Assembly: GCA_964603385.1 (NCBI GenBank)
Contig: CAZRUS010000004.1
Span: 66,632 to 130,631, forward strand
Reading direction: 5' to 3'
Origin: an uncultured Anaerolineales bacterium
GTDB lineage: Bacteria; Chloroflexota; Anaerolineae; Anaerolineales; UBA11858
Length of the DNA stretch: 64,000 nucleotides
Part shown: one piece after another, positions 56,366-64,000 of the stretch
Position numbering within the stretch: position 1 is the first letter of the stretch
Layout: every line of letters starts with the position of its first letter
Notes under the pieces: model-generated
What the model saw: the letters and a program-made list of their open reading frames with translations, nothing else
The model's database searches: none
Told to the model about the DNA's origin: nothing
Program-made: the position numbers and the translations under genes

Positions 56366-57561
56366 GGGAGGGGCACGAAATTTACTGTGGGGGTCGGCGG
56401 GGGGGCGAGGGTAAAGCCCCGCCAAACGTTAAATTTGAAAAAAGTCACCTGACCAGGATTGATTTCGATGATGGTGTCATATTTATACCCAATCGAGGTC
56501 ACCGGGATTTGCAGCAAATATGTGCCGGCAGGGATGCTGCTGATGGTCAGGTTTTCCTTGTAAAACGGATCGCTGTTGATGGCTTTATTTTGATATGATC
56601 TGCCGATCCACAGTTTATTGCTGTCTGGCGGGGCATTATTATCCAGCGCATAGAGGGTAACTTCCTGCAGTTCCACCGGTCTGCCATCATAACTGAGCAC
56701 CTGGCCGACCAGCACACCCCAGCCCTGGGGGGGAGAAATCCACAGATCAGGATTGCGGGTGGCAAAATAGTCGTTTTTTCCCAGGCGAACCTCAAAATGC
56801 AAGTGGGGACCGGTGGTTTTTCCGGTCCTGCCCATCAAACCGATCTCATCTCCTGCTTTCACCCGGGCTCCGATCTGGGTGGTGATTTCATTCAGGTGAG
56901 CATAGAGCGTATAGAGGTCCTCTCCCTGGTAGCTGAAATCGTGTTTGATCACCACAGCTTTCCCATAGGGATCATCGTAGATGTCGTTGCCCCCCCGATA
57001 GACGCCATATCCAGCGTAAATCACCCTTCCGTCTCCTGCAGCCCGTACCGGGGTACCGATGTCTCCAGGAATATCAATCCCGGTGTGCACCACATTGTCG
57101 AAGAAAACATCCCCGTATCCGTAGTTGGAATTAACACCATCAATGTCCTGGGCTGCAATGGGATTGACAAAATAGAAATGGTCCTGGGGAGAAGGGATCC
57201 AGGGAACTGGATAGACCGGAGGCCTCCAGGCTGCGGGGGAGCTTTCCCTGCTGGATGCTTCGGTCAGATCCGGCGTTTCCATGATCAGTGTGGCCAGATG
57301 AGTCTCCTGGCGCTCAGGGGTTGTGGTGATTGTTGGGAGATTGCTGGCCACCTGGGAAATCCATGGGGTGGGAGTTTCCGGCGGTTTGCTGGGCAGCAGG
57401 CTGGGAGACGGATCCTGAGCTGAGGAAGGCTTCTCAGCTGGCTGCTGACCGGCGCAGCCGACCGCAGCGGCCAGGCTGATGGATAGAAAGATCAGTAAGG
57501 CGAACGGCCTGGGCTTGCTTCCTGTTGACCAGATCGGTCTGGACATGCTCAGGGTCCTCAT
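56362..57561 (-). CDS. M23-family metallopeptidase (LytM-like), secreted
   Basis: ATG 57561 forms an ATGA overlap with the upstream gene stop (alternative ATG 57546). Lipobox LAAAVGCAG. M23 motifs HTGIDIPG and GPHLHFEVRLG. C-terminal Ig/carboxypeptidase-regulatory-like region. Confidence 0.85.
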   Translation of the reverse strand: MRTLSMSRPIWSTGSKPRPFALLIFLSISLAAAVGCAGQQPAEKPSSAQDPSPSLLPSKPPETPTPWISQVASNLPTITTTPERQETHLATLIMETPDLTEASSRESSPAAWRPPVYPVPWIPSPQDHFYFVNPIAAQDIDGVNSNYGYGDVFFDNVVHTGIDIPGDIGTPVRAAGDGRVIYAGYGVYRGGNDIYDDPYGKAVVIKHDFSYQGEDLYTLYAHLNEITTQIGARVKAGDEIGLMGRTGKTTGPHLHFEVRLGKNDYFATRNPDLWISPPQGWGVLVGQVLSYDGRPVELQEVTLYALDNNAPPDSNKLWIGRSYQNKAINSDPFYKENLTISSIPAGTYLLQIPVTSIGYKYDTIIEINPGQVTFFKFNVWRGFTLAPPPTPTVNFVPLP

Positions 57562-59393
57562 TCCCCGACCAGCTCCTGAACCGCTCCCCCAGGATGGATT
57601 TGCAGCATGGCTTCCCACCAGGTGAGGTTCTCCCGGAAGACAAATTTCTGAAATCGGGCCAGGGCATTGGAGGACTGCCAGATGCGAAGGGCAGGCAGTC
57701 TTTCCCAACCGTGAGCTGCAGCCAAATCCGTAAAGTCCAGGTAATACCCGGCGGGTGGAGCGGAGGCCAGGCTGCCACCGTTCTCATAGTTTTGATTAGA
57801 TCCGGCATAACGGGCGTCAAAATCCCAGGGAAGATCTTTTAGGGGGCGGCCTAGATACCCCTGTTGATTGCTGGTGCGCAGATAGATTCGCCAGTAGGTC
57901 TCTCCGAAATAATCCTCCCGCACGACATGCATCCAGCCCGCTTTCCGGGGAAGATCACTGATTTCTATTGCTCGTCCCGTGTGCAGCCAATCCCGCTCGA
58001 TTCCGGGATCGAGCGGTTCTGAGAGAGGAACGTAGGCGTTGTCCAGCGTTCCCAGGTAATCCCAGCCCAGCAGGTCTTCCGTGGCGGAGCGCAGAGTCTG
58101 GAAAGAATCCACTGCCTGCTCATTCAACTGCGAAAAGGGGACCTGGACGCCGCTGATCGGGGTCAGGTCCAGATCAGCGGCCGGATTACTGTTTCCACTG
58201 GCAGCACTCGCGGAGGGTGAATTCAAGGCTGAAGAGGATGTCTGCAGCGTGTTCAGCTGGATCTCCGGTGCCCAGCTCAGCCCCTTAACTGCTCCAGGCA
58301 TTTTCACAGCTGGGAGTAAAATCGGGAAATCTGCGGCCTCCCCGGGATAGCCAGTCAGGAAGGTTTGATAGGGTGTTTCCACCAGCGTGTAGAGAATCTT
58401 TCCTGCACCATCCCATACCGGCCAATCACCGGTGCCGCTGGGGAATGGATCCCGTTCTGGATGCTGGCTGTCCCAGGTGGTAAGCGTGTGACTGCCCTGA
58501 TCAGAGATCACCGCCCAGGTCAGATAGCGGCCGTCCGCTGTCCAGGTGGGATGTTTTACGACAGCTGCTTGATAAGCGGTGATAGCGGTGGCTTTTTCCT
58601 CATCCGGTGAGTCCAGGTTGGCCATCCAGATCTGAGGGCTGCCATCTCTGAGGGAGATAAAACTGATCCTTCTGCCCTGGCCGGACCAGCTGGGAGAATG
58701 GTCCACTGCAGGATGGTTCGTCAGGTTGATCGGGCCGCCAGCTCTGGCAGCATCCTGGATGAGAATTTCCAGATTCTGATTCTGGTAGCTTTCATAAGCC
58801 AGCCATTTTCCATCCGGCGACCAGGTGGGACTGCCCTCATAGGCGAGTGTGTTTGTAAACTGCTCGGTTTCACCGGTTTCTAGATTGAGAATATAAACAT
58901 CCCAGGGACCGCCCCGGTTAGAGGAGAAAGCAATCTTTGAACCGTCCGGGCTGACCGCCGGGTCGATGTCATCATGGTTCCCGGAAGTCAATCTGGTGAG
59001 GGGAAGAGCCTGATTGCCATGCTGGGAACTTTGTTCTACCAGCGGACGATAGGCAAAAAGGTGGGTGTCAGCCCCTTCCTGGATGGAGAGCACCAGGGTG
59101 CCGTAGATTGAGGGAAAGGATCTTTCCAGCGGTTGAAAGGTGGGGCTGGGCAGCGGGGTAATGCTGGGTGGGGGCGATGGGCTCAGCGAGGGACTGGGGG
59201 AGGGGACAAGCGTGTCTGCTGCTGGGGTGATCGTTGCATAGAGGCGGGAATTCGCTTTGAAACCATATGGGTTCCCCGGCCAGAACAAAAATGTCATCAG
59301 CAGCAGGAACAATCCAATCCCGCCGATGATTTTGGCCTGTTTTCCCTCTATGACTTTGATCACTTCCAGATCCGGTGTGCTGTTTTTGTTCAT
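57558..59393 (-). CDS. Membrane-anchored TolB-like PD40 beta-propeller protein with an uncharacterised C-terminal domain
   Basis: ATG 59393 gives MNKNSTPDLEVIKVIEGKQAKIIGGIGLFLLLMTFLF (signal anchor). PD40 repeats PAVSPDGSKIAFSS, PTWSPDGKWLAYES, HSPSWSGQGRRISFIS, HPTWTADGRYLTWAV. Confidence 0.8.
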   Translation of the reverse strand: MNKNSTPDLEVIKVIEGKQAKIIGGIGLFLLLMTFLFWPGNPYGFKANSRLYATITPAADTLVPSPSPSLSPSPPPSITPLPSPTFQPLERSFPSIYGTLVLSIQEGADTHLFAYRPLVEQSSQHGNQALPLTRLTSGNHDDIDPAVSPDGSKIAFSSNRGGPWDVYILNLETGETEQFTNTLAYEGSPTWSPDGKWLAYESYQNQNLEILIQDAARAGGPINLTNHPAVDHSPSWSGQGRRISFISLRDGSPQIWMANLDSPDEEKATAITAYQAAVVKHPTWTADGRYLTWAVISDQGSHTLTTWDSQHPERDPFPSGTGDWPVWDGAGKILYTLVETPYQTFLTGYPGEAADFPILLPAVKMPGAVKGLSWAPEIQLNTLQTSSSALNSPSASAASGNSNPAADLDLTPISGVQVPFSQLNEQAVDSFQTLRSATEDLLGWDYLGTLDNAYVPLSEPLDPGIERDWLHTGRAIEISDLPRKAGWMHVVREDYFGETYWRIYLRTSNQQGYLGRPLKDLPWDFDARYAGSNQNYENGGSLASAPPAGYYLDFTDLAAAHGWERLPALRIWQSSNALARFQKFVFRENLTWWEAMLQIHPGGAVQELVGE

Positions 59394-59416
59394 AGTTTGG
59401 TTGAGGGGATGCGCGG

Positions 59417-60811
59417 CTAGTGCAGCCAGCTGGGGGAAAAGCTTCTCAATCGTCCGTTGGCGCGTTTGCCCCAGCCCAAAGGAACCCCTGCAGTGGTGAT
59501 CAGGATCCAACCTGCTTCCCCTGCTGAATCCAGGGGCAGTCCTCTTAGAAAATGAGCAACTTTTGTTCCACTTACAGGCAATTCTAACACTTTTTGGGCT
59601 GCCTCTTTGCGGATCCCCACTGCCAGAGCGTGGCTGGGGCGGAAGCGGCCGTGGTGAAATGTCCCCAACCACCAGCCCCAGTGGTGGACCTTCAATCCGG
59701 ATAAGGGGGGAAGCCCCTCAGGGACTGCGTATAGGCGATTCCCAAAGGCATGCAGGCTGGGGCTTCCCGGTCTAATCCCGTCTGTTTCTTTGCTGCAGGT
59801 CAGGGCGGCGTCAAAAAATCTTTCATATTCAGCGGCTTGATCGGCATCGATTCCCGGCAGATTGGCAGTCTGGAATGCCTGCGGTCTCTCGGCCCGGGCT
59901 GAGTCCTTGTGAAAACACGCTATGTAATGCCCCTCCCCGGGGGCCCGGTGCGGCCAGATGCGGACTGATTTTGTGATCCGTGTTTCTGCATTTTCGCCCT
60001 GATCGATCCCGGGACTGAAGCCGATCACCGGGTGGGGATCCTCCAGGGAAAAATCCGGACAGGCTTTCAGGAAGCCGCTGACGACCTGTTCATTTTCGCG
60101 GGTATTGAAGGTGCAGGTTGAATAAACAAGCACACCGTCCGGTTTGACCAGTTTGGCGGCGTACCAGAGGATTTCCTGTTGCTGGGCAGCGCAGCGCTGG
60201 ACAAAATTTGCAGACCAGCGCTTTCTTTCCCCGGGGTGGGAGCGGAACATCCCTTCCCCGGAGCAAGGTGCATCTACCAGCACCCGATCAAAAATCGGCC
60301 CCAGCGCATCCGCCAGCCGCTGAGGTTGATCCCGTGTGATGGCGGTTTGCCTCGCGCCCCAGCGTTCCAGATTTCGGGCCAGTGCCTGAACCCTGCCTGG
60401 ATGAGGATCATTGGCTAACAGCAGCCCGGTATTGTTCATCCTGGAGACTATCTGGGTAGATTTCCCTCCTGGCGCTGCCGCCAGATCCAGAATGTGTTCT
60501 CCGGGTTGAGGTTGGAGCACCTCCACAGCGGCCATCGCCGATGGTTCCTGCAGATAATAAAGGCCGGCAGCGTGAAAAGGATGCTTCCCAAGGTCTCCTG
60601 TTGCCTCCACCAGATATCCATTTTCTTCCCAGGGCAGGGGTTCCAGACGGACGGGCAGCCCCTGCAGTGCCTCACGGGAGATCTTCCCGGAATTGATGCG
60701 CAGCCCGTAGCGAGCTGGCCGTTCCTGGATCTCTCTCCAAAATTCTTCTGCTTCGTCTTTCAGCAGATCATTGATTATCGTTTGATATTGCTCGGGATAA
60801 GGGATGGTCAT
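59417..60811 (-). CDS. NOL1/NOP2/Sun-family RNA cytosine-C5 methyltransferase (RsmF/RsmB-like)
   Basis: SAM motif LDLAAAPGGKSTQ, and catalytic motifs VDAPCSGEGMFR (PC) and VLVYSTCTF (TC). Confidence 0.85.
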   Translation of the reverse strand: MTIPYPEQYQTIINDLLKDEAEEFWREIQERPARYGLRINSGKISREALQGLPVRLEPLPWEENGYLVEATGDLGKHPFHAAGLYYLQEPSAMAAVEVLQPQPGEHILDLAAAPGGKSTQIVSRMNNTGLLLANDPHPGRVQALARNLERWGARQTAITRDQPQRLADALGPIFDRVLVDAPCSGEGMFRSHPGERKRWSANFVQRCAAQQQEILWYAAKLVKPDGVLVYSTCTFNTRENEQVVSGFLKACPDFSLEDPHPVIGFSPGIDQGENAETRITKSVRIWPHRAPGEGHYIACFHKDSARAERPQAFQTANLPGIDADQAAEYERFFDAALTCSKETDGIRPGSPSLHAFGNRLYAVPEGLPPLSGLKVHHWGWWLGTFHHGRFRPSHALAVGIRKEAAQKVLELPVSGTKVAHFLRGLPLDSAGEAGWILITTAGVPLGWGKRANGRLRSFSPSWLH

Positions 60812-61197
60812 GGGGTGCTGAAAATGGTTGTATTTCGACCGGCGGCGAAAACTTCCAGAACTGCCTGGTTTTCTTCCTCTTCCGCCGATTCCCGCTCAAT
60901 CAAGTAAAAAGCCCACGCAACTGCTGTGTCAATTGCCCCTGCAGTCTGATCAGGAAACTGAACGTGGATTTCCGCCTGTCGATCCCAGCTGTGGATGGTC
61001 TGGGGGGAGAGGTTCTCGCGGTTTTCTCTGTTCTTACTCAGGACTTCCCCGGTGGGCTTCTTCTGGAATGATGGGAATTTCATCATCAAGGGCACGTTTC
61101 TGCCATCTGGATTGGGGTGAGGCTGAAATTGGTATCTTTTGACTGCTTTGTTAGAAAAAAGTAATTCCTCCAGTTCTGGGACCTCCACAGAGAACAC
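60808..61197 (-). CDS. Hypothetical protein (129 aa)
   Basis: GTG start. ATGA overlap with the methyltransferase gene downstream suggests co-translation. No recognisable motif. Confidence 0.5.
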   Translation of the reverse strand: MFSVEVPELEELLFSNKAVKRYQFQPHPNPDGRNVPLMMKFPSFQKKPTGEVLSKNRENRENLSPQTIHSWDRQAEIHVQFPDQTAGAIDTAVAWAFYLIERESAEEEENQAVLEVFAAGRNTTIFSTP

Positions 61198-61280
61198 GGC
61201 ACTTCACTCTTGGTTGGGTAATGATGTTTCTCTCAGCTGAGATAGGCGCAGAGAGAGCATTTCTCAACTAGTGTACCATC

Positions 61281-61317
61281 AATAAAAATACACGCCCTGC
61301 CGGATTGGCAGGGCGTG
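61281..61317 (-). terminator. Rho-independent terminator after the DegV pair
   Basis: Minus strand reads CACGCCCTGCC - AATCC - GGCAGGGCGTG followed by TATTTTTATT, 32 nt downstream of the DegV stop. Confidence 0.8.
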
Positions 61318-61349
61318 GAGTCCCAGAAGGGGTGATTTTCTAAAAAGGT

Positions 61350-62195
61350 TTATCCCAGATGATAAGCTAATCCTACCGCACCCGGTCCGGCATGGGTTCC
61401 GATCACTGGCGAGACCTCTGAAAAGACGGTTTCCACCGGCCGAATCCGATCCACCGCTTTTTCCAGGATTTGCTGTGCTGTTTGGGAATTATCGGCATGC
61501 AGGGTGGCCAAACGGACCTGGGTGTGGCCATTGACGCGTTCTTCGATGATATCCACAATCCGCTCCAGCGCTTTTTTCTGGGTGCGGACCTGATCTACAG
61601 AGACCACCACACCGTCGTCAATAGCCAGCACTGGTTTAATATCAAGCAGCGTGCCTACGAAGCGTTTTGCGCCGCCAATTCGCCCTCCACGATGCAGAAA
61701 TTCCAGCGTGTCCACCACGAAGACCACCCCCGTGTTTTCCCGGGCTTGTTCAGCGATTTGTTTGCATTTCTCCAGGGAGGAGCCCTGGTTGGCAGCCTGT
61801 GCGGCGGCCAGCACCTGGAACCCTAATGCCATGGCCAAGGATCGAGAATTCACGATTTCAATATTGGCTTCAGGAAGAAGTTTTTTTGCCTGCACCGCTG
61901 AAGAAACAGTTCCGGATAAGTCCTCAGATATCAGAATAGCCAGGATATCATATCCTGCTTCTACCAGCGACCGAAATTTGGTTTCGAAATCGGCCACAGA
62001 CGGCTGGGAGGTGCTGGGCATTACCCGGGCATTTTCCAGGCGCTGATAAAATTCTTCCGGAGTGATATCAACACCATCCAGGTAACAATCCTCATCCCAG
62101 ATTACGTTCAGGGGGACGACTTCGATATTGTGTTGTTCAATCAGTTCTGCCGGGAGATATGGTGAGCTGTCAGTGACAATCGCTACTTTCTTCAT
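61350..62195 (-). CDS. DegV-family fatty-acid-binding protein
   Basis: MKKVAIVTDSSPYLP, SQPS, FLHRGGRIGGAKRFVGTLLDIKPVL. Confidence 0.9.
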   Translation of the reverse strand: MKKVAIVTDSSPYLPAELIEQHNIEVVPLNVIWDEDCYLDGVDITPEEFYQRLENARVMPSTSQPSVADFETKFRSLVEAGYDILAILISEDLSGTVSSAVQAKKLLPEANIEIVNSRSLAMALGFQVLAAAQAANQGSSLEKCKQIAEQARENTGVVFVVDTLEFLHRGGRIGGAKRFVGTLLDIKPVLAIDDGVVVSVDQVRTQKKALERIVDIIEERVNGHTQVRLATLHADNSQTAQQILEKAVDRIRPVETVFSEVSPVIGTHAGPGAVGLAYHLG

Positions 62196-62301
62196 AGGTT
62201 CCTCTCTCGATCAATCGATATAATATGGCTGCCTTTATTACAACACCCGTTTTGAGATCGAGTTACGGATTCCTGGTAGAATGTTGCCCCTGCTTTTTTG
62301 C

Positions 62302-63150
62302 TTACATCCCATGCATACAGGCGATGGCCAGGGTTCCGGGACCCACGTGAGTACCGATCACCGGACTGAGTTCCGATAAAAAGATCTCTTCCGGTGAGAA
62401 GAGCTGTTCTACTGTTCCCTGCAGCTGTTCCGCTTGATCGGGGACATTGGAATGCATGATGGCCATGCGCAGCGGCCGCTCCTCTGCCGATCGGTCCCTG
62501 GTCAGCTCGATCATCCTGTCCAAGGCACGCTTGTGTGTCCGCACCTGATCGACTGGTTCGATTCGGCCGTCGCGCATTTCCAGGATGGGTTTGATATTGA
62601 GCATGGATCCCAGAAATCGTTTGGCACCGCCGATGCGGCCACCTTTATGGAGATATTCCAGCGTGTCCACGGCAAAGACGACATCGGTCTGCTCCTGGGC
62701 GTTAAGGGCTGTCTCAGCACAGGCAGCAAGTGATTCCCCAGCTTCTGCTGCCCGGGCTGCAGCGATGATATGCAGGCCGGATGCCATACCAGCCGTTTTT
62801 GAATCCACCACCCGGATGCGGTCGGTATCCAGCAGCTTTTTGGCCTGCTGTGCCGAATGGACAGTGCCGGAGATGCCGGAGGAGATCAAGATGGCAAGGA
62901 TATCCTTTCCTCGATCAAGCAGGTCCTGGAAGGCGGTTTCAAAGGCAGCAACTGAAGGCTGAGAGGTGCTGGGCAGGCTGGCGCTGGATTCCAGTCGATT
63001 GTAAAACTCCTCGGGAGTGATATCCACTCCATCCGCATAGGTGTCCTCCTCCCAGATCAAACTTAAGGGGATGACTGTGATCCGGTATTGCTCCCGAACT
63101 GTCTCCGGGAGGTAACTGGTGCTGTCTGTCAGGATGGCAACTGGATTCAT
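62302..63150 (-). CDS. DegV-family fatty-acid-binding protein (paralog)
   Basis: ATG 63150 gives MNPVAILTDSTSYLP. SQPS and YLHKGGRIGGAKRFLGSMLNIKPIL. The ORF-track TTG start at 63201 lies in the tRNA terminator. Confidence 0.9.
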   Translation of the reverse strand: MNPVAILTDSTSYLPETVREQYRITVIPLSLIWEEDTYADGVDITPEEFYNRLESSASLPSTSQPSVAAFETAFQDLLDRGKDILAILISSGISGTVHSAQQAKKLLDTDRIRVVDSKTAGMASGLHIIAAARAAEAGESLAACAETALNAQEQTDVVFAVDTLEYLHKGGRIGGAKRFLGSMLNIKPILEMRDGRIEPVDQVRTHKRALDRMIELTRDRSAEERPLRMAIMHSNVPDQAEQLQGTVEQLFSPEEIFLSELSPVIGTHVGPGTLAIACMHGM

Positions 63151-63199
63151 GAGAGGGTCCTCGAGAAAGATCTCTAATTTGGCTGCGGAAACATCTGGC

Positions 63200-63227
63200 A
63201 AAAACGGAGCGGGGTGATCCGCTCCGT
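63200..63227 (-). terminator. Rho-independent terminator downstream of tRNA-Arg
   Basis: Minus strand reads ACGGAGCG - 8-nt loop - CGCTCCGT followed by TTTT. Confidence 0.7.
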
Positions 63228-63233
63228 TCTCAG

Positions 63234-63307
63234 CACCCTCGGCGTGACTCGAACACGCGACCCCTTACTCCGCAAGCAAGTGCTCTAATCCACTGAGCTA
63301 CGAGGGC
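63234..63307 (-). tRNA. tRNA-Arg (anticodon GCG)
   Basis: The reverse complement folds as GCCCTCG-TA-GCTC-AGTGGATTA-GAGC-A-CTTGC-TTGCGGA-GTAAG-GGGTC-GCGTG-TTCGAGT-CACGC-CGAGGGT-G. It is 74 nt with a G1:U72 wobble. Anticodon identity is less certain than tRNA status. Confidence 0.8.
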
Positions 63308-63862
63308 AAGCTTGTATCTAGAGGATTTTACAACAAGGGATTGAAAAATTCAATAGATAGGCCCAGATGGATCGGATCTCGTTCCCCTTCTTGCCTGCTG
63401 CCCGGGGAATTAACTCGGGAGGAAGGTCATAAGATTATCATGAGGATGTACTTTGGTCGCGGAGATCGGATTCTGATACCATCAGTATCAGAGACGGGAG
63501 ATATTTAACCACCCTACTTATCACTGTTTCCTCCTTTGGCGTAAGCCTCCGCAAACAGTCTGACATGTTTGCGGAGGCTTTCACTATTTAAACATCTGCA
63601 TTCTGCCCAAGGCGAGCAGGGTTCTCCAGCAACCGATTTTCAGCTCTGGATGGGCTTCGTCAGTATTAGAGATGTATAAAATCTGTAATTTCCTGAATCA
63701 CTACCCGCTATAATATAATTACCCTTTCTCCACGCAACCCTGGAGAGCGTTCTCTCCAGGCGGTGGGATACCTGATTTCCCGCATCCCATCCGCTTCCCG
63801 GGAGCAGGGAAGAGAGGAAACCAAAACCCAGCAGTTGAGATTATTAAAAGGCAGTAGATGGC

Positions 63863-64000
63863 ATGAGAAAAGTAAAAATATTCCTTAGTGGTTTAACGCT
63901 GATGGCTGTGAGTTTGGCCTGTATCATCAATCCCCAGCAGTGGCTGGCAGAGACCGTTCAAGATGTCCAGCAGATAGAAAAAATCACCACTGTGACGGAA
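63863..64000 (+). CDS. 5' end of a secreted protein gene (continues beyond the window)
   Basis: ATG 63863, with 46 open codons to the window end. MRKVKIFLSGLTLMAVSLACIINPQQ is signal-peptide/lipobox-like. Weak SD. Confidence 0.5.
   Translation, partial: MRKVKIFLSGLTLMAVSLACIINPQQWLAETVQDVQQIEKITTVTE

Overview
This is a 64-kb, moderately GC-rich, densely coding chromosomal segment with about 50 CDS and 2 tRNAs. I found no transposase, integrase, CRISPR array, rRNA or recognisable defence gene. Family names below come from motifs I could read in the translations; no database search was possible. Lipoprotein-type signal peptides, Pro/Thr-rich linkers and TTG/GTG starts suggest a monoderm-like environmental bacterium, possibly Chloroflexota/Anaerolineae-like, but this is unverified.

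Gene order:
- a vWA/FHA membrane protein that runs off the left edge and is missing from the ORF track
- maf, a class B PBP and rsgA
- a large peptide-uptake locus: 2 family-5 binding proteins, OppD/OppF-like ATPases, DppB/DppC-like permeases, a beta-propeller membrane lipoprotein and a 1466-aa multi-permease fusion
- a DUF58 / transglutaminase / MoxR operon
- a REC-domain protein, tRNA-Gln, glmU and cdd
- a DUF389-like/SH3b protein and a P-type-ATPase-like HAD protein
- a BMP-family (nucleoside-type) ABC transporter
- murJ, then mtnA / PfkB kinase / ahcY
- a TAT-signal DUF362 / NapH-like polyferredoxin / alpha-toroid-like trio
- two secreted lipoproteins
- ppk1 / metallophosphoesterase-HD fusion / ppx
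- a Cys-rich Fe-S protein and a YbaK-like deacylase
- recA, with a Cheo-type SOS box in its promoter
- an M23 peptidase / TolB-like / RsmF-like operon, two DegV paralogs and tRNA-Arg

Most unusual items:
1. The 1466-aa polypeptide joins an ABC-2 permease, DppB-like and DppC-like permeases, an extra TM helix and a PA/M28-like ectodomain whose metal ligands appear substituted.
2. A calcineurin-type metallophosphoesterase is fused to a copy of the Ppx C-terminal HD-like module and sits between ppk1 and ppx.
3. A TAT-exported DUF362 protein is translationally coupled to a NapH-like membrane polyferredoxin.

All three are hypotheses built from motif reading and need HMM or structure searches.
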